DNA from: a virus
Lineage: Duplodnaviria; Caudoviricetes
Length of the DNA stretch: 31,986 bases
Strand: one strand, 5' to 3'
Virus record (IMG/VR): IMGVR_UViG_3300006616_000044
Coordinates: 1 to 31,986 of that record
Shown: positions 26,317 to 31,986 of the stretch, one piece after another
Position numbering within the stretch: the stretch's first letter is position 1
How the letters are laid out: each line of letters begins with the position of its first letter
Program-made: the position numbers and the translations under genes
The notes under the pieces: model-generated
Database searches by the model: none
The model's input: only the letters and a program-made list of their open reading frames with translations
What the model was told of the DNA's origin: nothing

Positions 26317-26559
26317 ATGGCAACTTATATAGTAATAGATTTAGATGATACGGCAAAGGTAGATTACTCACAAGTAAACACTACTTCAGCTCAAACAATG
26401 CGTAGGAACGTAGCAAATTCACAAGGAATGATTTCATACGATGTTGAGCCAAGTTATATCACAAACGGAAGGTTAGTACCAATTTCTACGCTTAATCACG
26501 CAGAAGCGTTAGCATTACTTGCTACGCCTGAATGGACTCCAGAAGAACCATCAGAATGA
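26317..26559 (+). CDS. Small protein associated with the LamG fibre (cap/chaperone-like)
   Basis: 80 aa directly after the fibre; VDYSQV...LATPEWT. Confidence 0.55.
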   Translation: MATYIVIDLDDTAKVDYSQVNTTSAQTMRRNVANSQGMISYDVEPSYITNGRLVPISTLNHAEALALLATPEWTPEEPSE

Positions 26560-26684
26560 GGAGTTTAAGTGCGAAAATAGAGAAACCTAAAAAAAGGCGT
26601 AAGGGCATCCACGCCAAAAGTAAGATGTCCAAAAATGTAAATAGTAAAAATTATAAAAAGCCTTATAATGGACAAGGGCGTTAA
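26556..26684 (+). CDS. Highly basic 42-aa peptide ending YKKPYNGQGR
   Basis: Read manually: MRSLSAKIEKPKKRRKGIHAKSKMSKNVNSKNYKKPYNGQGR; ATGA overlap with the upstream stop. Confidence 0.7.
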   Translation: MRSLSAKIEKPKKRRKGIHAKSKMSKNVNSKNYKKPYNGQGR

Positions 26685-26697
26685 AATATTAAATAAA

Positions 26698-26997
26698 ATG
26701 GAAGACCACTCCTTACTCATGCTTATCACTTCCCTTGTAGGAGCTTTAGGCTTAAAATCTATCTGGGATATAATTAAGAAAAGAATGGATATAAATGCCA
26801 TTAAAGAGGCTAGAACTGATGAATTTCAAGTGCAAGTTGTTGAACAGCTTAAGAGTAAAATAGAAGACTTAGAGACTAAGATAGACGCTTTAATAGAAGA
26901 AAATGGAAGACTAAGAGAGAAACTAGCACGAATGGAGGAAAGGCTTTTAATTAACGCTAAGAAAAGAGTAACTAGAAAAAGAAATAGTGAACAATAA
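26698..26997 (+). CDS. Membrane-anchored coiled-coil protein (holin/antiholin-like)
   Basis: One N-terminal TM segment plus a coiled coil; precedes the endolysin; start reassigned to ATG 26698. Confidence 0.55.
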   Translation: MEDHSLLMLITSLVGALGLKSIWDIIKKRMDINAIKEARTDEFQVQVVEQLKSKIEDLETKIDALIEENGRLREKLARMEERLLINAKKRVTRKRNSEQ

Positions 26998-27571
26998 AAT
27001 TTACTATATAAAGGACTTAATGAGTAAAAAGGGTTATGATGTCTTTGAATCTGACACTAAACCTTTTAATCTTAATATAGTAGGAGTTAGAAATAGCAAT
27101 CCTACGACTAATTTATTTAATGACTATATATCTATCTTCTGGAAATATGAGGGAAGATGGAATTACCTAGAATTCCAGGCTACAACGCTGCCAGGCTTAA
27201 AATATTTAGAAACACCAATGAATCCTAAAGGCTGTGCTATATTAGTTCCTAATCAATACAAGGGGGTCTGGAAGTTAGGCACTCATTACACATATACAGC
27301 ACTAACACAAAGAGGCGGAGAGGTTCAAGTCTATAGAGACGAAGACAAAGACAGACATTATGATATGATTGACGACTCTATAATATCTGGTTATTTTGGA
27401 ATTAACATTCATAAGGCAAGTGACGGAGAAAGAGAAACAGTAGACGGTTATTCTGCTGGTTGTCAAGTATTTCAGAACTCAGACGAGTTTGACATATTTA
27501 TAGAGATATGTAAAAAAGCTAAAAAATATTGGGGGAATAGTTTTACCTATACCCTATTAGACGAATCATAA
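26987..27571 (+). CDS. Putative endolysin, L,D-transpeptidase (YkuD)-like fold
   Basis: GINIH...YSAGCQV His/Cys motif; flanked by holin-like and spanin-like genes. Confidence 0.7.
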   Translation: MNNKIYYIKDLMSKKGYDVFESDTKPFNLNIVGVRNSNPTTNLFNDYISIFWKYEGRWNYLEFQATTLPGLKYLETPMNPKGCAILVPNQYKGVWKLGTHYTYTALTQRGGEVQVYRDEDKDRHYDMIDDSIISGYFGINIHKASDGERETVDGYSAGCQVFQNSDEFDIFIEICKKAKKYWGNSFTYTLLDES

Positions 27572-27581
27572 AATTATAAAG

Positions 27582-27782
27582 ATGAGTAATAAAACCAAAA
27601 ACACAATAACAAACATATTAGGATTAATCTTGTTTGTATTTAACACCGTAGAGTATTATTTTGATGAATTTACATTAATGCAATATTTAGGCGGTTTAGT
27701 AGTAGCGTTAGCATTATTTTTATTTAAAGCAACAGAGACAAAAGAATGGTTAAGAAAAGCATTGTCAAAATTCTCCTCATAG
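27582..27782 (+). CDS. Putative holin
   Basis: 66 aa, two TM segments, basic C-terminus. Confidence 0.6.
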   Translation: MSNKTKNTITNILGLILFVFNTVEYYFDEFTLMQYLGGLVVALALFLFKATETKEWLRKALSKFSS

Positions 27783-28186
27783 TTTTAATTGGTTGCTCAC
27801 CACAGAAGCAGCTTAATAGAATAATTGAAAAAAACCCACACTTAACAGAAGTTGACACTGTTAGAGTCGTAGATACTGTAGTAGTTACTAATTATTTATT
27901 TGATACTATAAACAGAATTGAATCTCATGATACTGTAATTATTCAAAACAACGAAAGAGTAGAGGCTAGATATTTCTACGACACTGTCAGACAAGAAATA
28001 TGGCATGAGATAGAGTGTAAAAATGACACTATTTTTCAAGAAAAGCTTATTCCTGTTGATAGAGTTGTCTATAAAGAGCTTACAATATATGAGAAATATA
28101 AAGACGTGGCTTTGATTATAGTATGCGCTATTATTCTTTTATTTATTATTTTAGTCGCTTTAAAAGTAGTCAATAAGTTTATATAG
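27746..28186 (+). CDS. Putative unimolecular spanin
   Basis: Lipoprotein signal ending LIGC (Cys17), beta-rich DTV repeats, C-terminal TM helix. Confidence 0.7.
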   Translation: MVKKSIVKILLIVLIGCSPQKQLNRIIEKNPHLTEVDTVRVVDTVVVTNYLFDTINRIESHDTVIIQNNERVEARYFYDTVRQEIWHEIECKNDTIFQEKLIPVDRVVYKELTIYEKYKDVALIIVCAIILLFIILVALKVVNKFI

Positions 28187-28204
28187 TATAATACAACAAA
28201 AAAA

Positions 28205-29278
28205 TTGAAAGACTTTAGAAACAATAAAAAGCACCAAAAGCGCTTTAAAGATACGGGAAACCCACGCTATCGACTAACTGAAACAGAGGCGGAAATAATA
28301 AGAGACTACAGACGAGCTATAGACGAGTGTGAAAATGAGGGCTTAGACCCTGAGACTTTGCATTCTGGTTGGATAAAAAATAAAAAAGCTAGTCTTTACT
28401 TTAGAATGCCTAAGCCTTTAGAAAAGGACTTTAAAAAACTATCTAAAGAACTACTAGAAGAGGTTAAACAATACTCTCCTAAATATCCAACAATAGAAAG
28501 AGAGAAGTACAAAGACGGTCACTTACTATTTATGTGTCCTAGTGATTTACATATAGGCAAGCTCTGTAAGTCTTTTTTAAGCGGTGAGGAGTATAATAAT
28601 CAAATAGCAGTTACTAGAGCCTTAGAAGGTGTTAAAGGCTGCCTGACAAAGTCTCAAGGCTTTAATGTTGAAAAGACTATACTACTTTTGTCTGGTGATT
28701 TGCTTCATGTCGATAATTTTGACAATACTACAACTAGAGGCACTAAACAAAATGAAACAGACGGCTTATTAAGTGACCATTTTCAAATAGCTAAAAGATT
28801 AATGGTTGAAATAATAGAGACACTTCTACAGGTTTCTACTGTTCATGTAATGTTTACACCTGGCAATCATGACAACACTGTCGGCTGGATGGTTGCAGAA
28901 TTATTAGCTGTATGGTTTAGACATAATAAAGACGTAACATTTGACGTAAGTCTGCAAATGAGAAAATACTACAAATATAAAAACAACTTAATTTCGTCTT
29001 GTCATGGTCATAAAATTAAACTTGACTTATTGCCTATGATAGTAGCTGATGAGTGTGAATATTGGAGCGAATCAAAATATAGATATATGTTCACTCAGCA
29101 CATTCACCACAAAATACAAAAGCAATACCCAGGGTTGTGGGTAGAGTCTTTAATGTCAACTAGTGGCGCTGATATTTATCACGCAACTTCAGGCTATCAG
29201 TCTTCTAATAATAAAGCTATAGAAGCTTTTCTGTTTAGCGCATATGGACAAGTTGCTAGGATAACTCATTTGTTTTAA
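28205..29278 (+). CDS. Calcineurin-like metallophosphoesterase
   Basis: SDLHIG, GDLL, GNHD, HGH and HIHH motifs in the canonical order. Confidence 0.88.
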   Translation: MKDFRNNKKHQKRFKDTGNPRYRLTETEAEIIRDYRRAIDECENEGLDPETLHSGWIKNKKASLYFRMPKPLEKDFKKLSKELLEEVKQYSPKYPTIEREKYKDGHLLFMCPSDLHIGKLCKSFLSGEEYNNQIAVTRALEGVKGCLTKSQGFNVEKTILLLSGDLLHVDNFDNTTTRGTKQNETDGLLSDHFQIAKRLMVEIIETLLQVSTVHVMFTPGNHDNTVGWMVAELLAVWFRHNKDVTFDVSLQMRKYYKYKNNLISSCHGHKIKLDLLPMIVADECEYWSESKYRYMFTQHIHHKIQKQYPGLWVESLMSTSGADIYHATSGYQSSNNKAIEAFLFSAYGQVARITHLF

Positions 29279-29311
29279 ACATTCCATTGTTAATAAACTT
29301 TTTAGTGTGTT

Positions 29312-29344
29312 TTGTAATTTGTATTATAATTATAATTACATTAG
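29312..29344 (+). promoter_or_regulatory. Candidate early promoter with overlapping palindrome
   Basis: -7-like TACATTAG (29337-29344); upstream TTG at non-ideal spacing; palindrome ATTATAATTATAAT at 29323-29336. Confidence 0.45.
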
Positions 29345-29371
29345 CATTATGAATTTAAAAAAATATAAATT

Positions 29372-29527
29372 ATGAACAGAATATCATACACAACTAGAAC
29401 CTTTTACGTACCAGCAGATAAAATAGACACGCTGCTAGAATTTCAAGAGAAATGTAGAAACAACGGGCGCAAATCATACAGCGAGGTTTTATTAGAACTA
29501 ATGAAAAACTATAATAAAACTAACTAA
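29372..29527 (+). CDS. Ribbon-helix-helix transcription regulator (51 aa)
   Basis: Read manually: MNRISYTTRTFYVPADKIDTLLEFQEKCRNNGRKSYSEVLLELMKNYNKTN; strand-helix-G-S-helix pattern. Confidence 0.65.
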   Translation: MNRISYTTRTFYVPADKIDTLLEFQEKCRNNGRKSYSEVLLELMKNYNKTN

Positions 29528-29528
29528 A

Positions 29529-29846
29529 ATGGAATCTAACTTTTTTTACAACACTCATTTTGACTATATTGAACATTGGCAACGATACGAAAGACATAAT
29601 ATATTATTTCAAAGATTAATTAATATATTAACTCAAGCCAATTGGAACAAAAGAATAGTAAGAAGTCCTCATTTTCAATTGATGAGCAATGACTTAGAAA
29701 TTCATAGAAATAGATTTGATAGGTATATTAAAACCGTTGAAACTATTGCTAAGGAAATGAAATTATTGAACGTTAATTATAATGAGAGCAGAATAAATAA
29801 AATAATTAAATTACTAACCATAATTAAAAACTACAACAATGAATAA
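29529..29846 (+). CDS. Hypothetical protein
   Basis: 105-aa ORF in the early operon. Confidence 0.65.
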   Translation: MESNFFYNTHFDYIEHWQRYERHNILFQRLINILTQANWNKRIVRSPHFQLMSNDLEIHRNRFDRYIKTVETIAKEMKLLNVNYNESRINKIIKLLTIIKNYNNE

Positions 29847-30186
29847 TTTAAAAACCGTTGACATAAAAGGCAAAGCTTATGTAACAGTCTCAGAAAGACT
29901 TAAATACTTTAGAGAAAAATTTACTGGTTACTCATTAACCTCAGAAATAACTCACATCAATGAAAATGGTGTTATAATTAGGTCTAGCTTAAGAAATGAC
30001 CAGGGCGAAGAGGTAGCTTCAGGCTATGCACACGAAAAGCAAAACTCAACTTTTATTAATAAGACCTCATTTATTGAGAACTGCGAGACTTCTTCTTGGG
30101 GTCGATGCCTGGCGAATTTTGGCATAGGTATAGACGCAAATGTAGCGAGCGCTGATGAGGTAGCTAACGCAATTAAAAACCAATAG
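29839..30186 (+). CDS. Single-strand annealing protein (Rad52/Sak-like)
   Basis: IKGKAYVTVSERL...SGYAHE...ENCETSSWGRCLANFGIG; adjacent to exonuclease and SSB. Confidence 0.7.
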   Translation: MNNLKTVDIKGKAYVTVSERLKYFREKFTGYSLTSEITHINENGVIIRSSLRNDQGEEVASGYAHEKQNSTFINKTSFIENCETSSWGRCLANFGIGIDANVASADEVANAIKNQ

Positions 30187-30187
30187 C

Positions 30188-30352
30188 ATGAAGTTAATAG
30201 ATTCTATATTATACAAATGCGAGACAGCTCTTAAAATACTTGAACAACAAAAGAAAGATGCTGACGATTTTTTCAACAAAGTAAACCAACACAACCAACA
30301 AAATGAAACCATTCAAAATAAGATGTTCAGCGATAGGTCAAATAATGACTAA
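30188..30352 (+). CDS. Small hypothetical protein (54 aa)
   Basis: Read manually: MKLIDSILYKCETALKILEQQKK...; fills the gap. Confidence 0.45.
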   Translation: MKLIDSILYKCETALKILEQQKKDADDFFNKVNQHNQQNETIQNKMFSDRSNND

Positions 30353-30944
30353 TCCTAGAAGCAAAACAGAAACACTTTCTAAAACAGCGTCTTCATATTG
30401 TCAGCAATGGCTTAAAGAACAAATCTACGGGCGCAAAAAAGAATTTGGTAGTAAATACACTAACAAAGGAAATATAGTTGAGCTAGAGTCTTTAAATTAC
30501 ATAGCTAAAGAACTAGACTACGATAGTATAGTAAAGAATGAAGAGTCTTTTGAAAATGAATTTTTAACTGGAACTCCTGACGCTATCTTAGATGACCATA
30601 TAATAGACGTTAAAAATAGCTGGGACTGTTTCACATTTCCTTTATTTTATAGTTACGTACCTAATAAAGACTATTACTGGCAAGCTCAAGGCTATATGGC
30701 TCTAGTTGGCTGTGACTCATATAGATTAATTTATACGTTAATGGACACTCCAGAAGAACTTATTGAAAAAGAATACTTTGGTAGTAATTTAGACTATGAA
30801 ACTTTTTCTAGTCATTACAAATACAAAGGTATTGAAAGCAAATACAGAATTAAAGTCTTTGACATATATAAAAATGAGCAAGACATAGAAAAAATTTACA
30901 CTAGAGTAGAAGAGTGTAGAGAATACATAAATAATTTAAATTAA
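30303..30944 (+). CDS. YqaJ / lambda-exonuclease-like recombination nuclease
   Basis: IRCSAIG, KGNIVE, TGTPD...IDVKNSW, YYWQAQGYM. Confidence 0.85.
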   Translation: MKPFKIRCSAIGQIMTNPRSKTETLSKTASSYCQQWLKEQIYGRKKEFGSKYTNKGNIVELESLNYIAKELDYDSIVKNEESFENEFLTGTPDAILDDHIIDVKNSWDCFTFPLFYSYVPNKDYYWQAQGYMALVGCDSYRLIYTLMDTPEELIEKEYFGSNLDYETFSSHYKYKGIESKYRIKVFDIYKNEQDIEKIYTRVEECREYINNLN

Positions 30945-30949
30945 TAAAA

Positions 30950-31267
30950 ATGGCATATAAAAACAAAGAAGACCAAAAAGCTGCAAGTAGAAGACACTAT
31001 TTAAGAAATAGAGAAAAAGTAATTAAAAGAAGTGCTGAATGGAAAAAAAACAATCCTGAAAGCAATAGAGAACATTCAAAAACATATTACTATAAAGAAT
31101 CTGAAATTGAAGGGGTTACTTTGGGAACTATAAAAAGAAGAAAATATAGAGCTAAAAATAACTATAAAATTAAATGTGTATGTGGTTCAAGTGTTAGCAA
31201 GCCTAATATAGCTAGACACTCAAAAACAAAAAAGCATAAAGAATTTTTAAATAATATAAACCAATAA
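30950..31267 (+). CDS. Basic protein with C-terminal C2H2-like zinc finger
   Basis: CVCGSSVSKPNIARHSKTKKH; N-terminus resembles homing-endonuclease basic helices. Confidence 0.6.
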   Translation: MAYKNKEDQKAASRRHYLRNREKVIKRSAEWKKNNPESNREHSKTYYYKESEIEGVTLGTIKRRKYRAKNNYKIKCVCGSSVSKPNIARHSKTKKHKEFLNNINQ

Positions 31268-31277
31268 ATAAATAAAC

Positions 31278-31541
31278 ATGGAAAAACCAAAAACAATTTA
31301 CTGCGGAGGCGGTAAGAAAATGAATGACGGTTGGTTGACTGTCACAGTACACCTAGACAAAGTTAATGAACACGTCTTTGAATACAAAGGAAACAAATAT
31401 CTTAAGCTTAATGTTAACATAAAAGACCAGCTTGACCAATACGGGAAAGACGTTTCTTTAAGTGTTAACACATATCAGCCTGAAGAGAATACAAAACAAA
31501 AACAAGACACCGTTCAAGAATCTGACGGAATGCCGTTTTAA
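31278..31541 (+). CDS. Single-stranded DNA-binding protein
   Basis: Short beta-rich domain with an acidic ESDGMPF tail, in the recombination cluster. Confidence 0.7.
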   Translation: MEKPKTIYCGGGKKMNDGWLTVTVHLDKVNEHVFEYKGNKYLKLNVNIKDQLDQYGKDVSLSVNTYQPEENTKQKQDTVQESDGMPF

Positions 31542-31558
31542 CCTTAAAAAAATAATCA

Positions 31559-31879
31559 ATGCGCTATAAAAAAGAAGACTGGAGTTTATTGTTGCCAGCT
31601 ATACAGGAGCTACTAATGAAAGGACATAATCTTAAAGAAGTGTCTAGAAAATTAGATATTACTTATAATAAGCTAACAGCAAATTACAAGCCTTTAAAAA
31701 AGAATTTTAAGTATATTGATTATCAACAAAAAGAAAGAAAGGTAGAAGTAATAGACGCTTCTGCCTTCTCTTTTAATAAAGTTTACACTTGGGAATCTTT
31801 AAGCCCTTATGAAATAGAAGCCTATAACAACTACAACAAAAAACATAAAGCATATTATGAAAACATTAATAAAAAATAA
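31559..31879 (+). CDS. HTH-domain protein
   Basis: GHNLKEVSRKLDITYNKL helix-turn-helix pattern. Confidence 0.55.
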   Translation: MRYKKEDWSLLLPAIQELLMKGHNLKEVSRKLDITYNKLTANYKPLKKNFKYIDYQQKERKVEVIDASAFSFNKVYTWESLSPYEIEAYNNYNKKHKAYYENINKK

Positions 31880-31986
31880 AAAGTATTTAAATCAAAAAAT
31901 AGATTTTACTGGATTAGAAAATAATAACATTCACCCGTCAGACATAGACGCTGTCTTAGAGTTTGACAATGACGTATTAATACTTA
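31857..31986 (+). CDS. 5' part of the junction-spanning PD-(D/E)xK protein
   Basis: ATG at 31857; MKTLIKNKKYLNQKIDFTGLENNNIHPSDIDAVLEFDNDVLIL is open to the window end. Confidence 0.75.
   Translation, partial: MKTLIKNKKYLNQKIDFTGLENNNIHPSDIDAVLEFDNDVLIL

Larger units (their letters stand above)
1..31986 (+). mobile_element. Complete circular genome of a tailed (siphovirus-like) phage, likely Bacteroidota host
   Basis: Terminase, portal, capsid, tail, lysis and replication modules are all present on one strand. The window end joins the start in frame (...GTA TTA ATA CTT A|TA GAA GTT AAA...). Confidence 0.93.

Noticed and set aside
6427-30312. Minus-strand ORFs in the supplied track (e.g. 6427..6624, 13777..14064, 16944..17282, 25872..26222, 30067..30312)
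   Set aside because: They lie wholly or mostly antisense to well-supported + strand genes and have no recognisable motifs; shadow ORFs.
1-31986. Stop-codon reassignment
   Set aside because: Standard-code ORFs tile the genome densely, and TAA, TGA and TAG all act as stops.

Overview
The window reads as a complete, circularly permuted 31,986-bp genome of a siphovirus-type tailed phage. The last 130 nt and first 278 nt join in frame into one PD-(D/E)xK nuclease gene. All credible genes are on the + strand. The A-rich starts without Shine-Dalgarno sites, the TTG-N19-TAnnTT(A/T)G promoter-like sites and the LamG adhesins point to a Bacteroidota (probably Flavobacteriales) host; this is inference. 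The early and replication module (29372 through the junction to ~4080) encodes an RHH regulator, SSAP, exonuclease, SSB, initiator, helicase, C5 methyltransferase, Holliday-junction resolvase and a sigma-like factor. Next come terS/terL and a ~590-bp region at 6800-7386 with no long ORF. The morphogenesis module has an unusual order and a -1 frameshifted tail chaperone. It is followed by two LamG receptor-binding proteins, a lysis cassette and a metallophosphoesterase. No integrase, CI-type repressor, DNA polymerase, tRNA or CRISPR array was seen. The most unusual part is 6800-7386. It holds iteron-like repeats apparently detached from the initiator gene, a second 11-bp-phased ACGT array, and two candidate small RNAs, each flanked by a promoter-like site and a terminator. 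One of these may carry several modules antisense to start codons. All product calls come from motif recognition and gene context, not from database searches.
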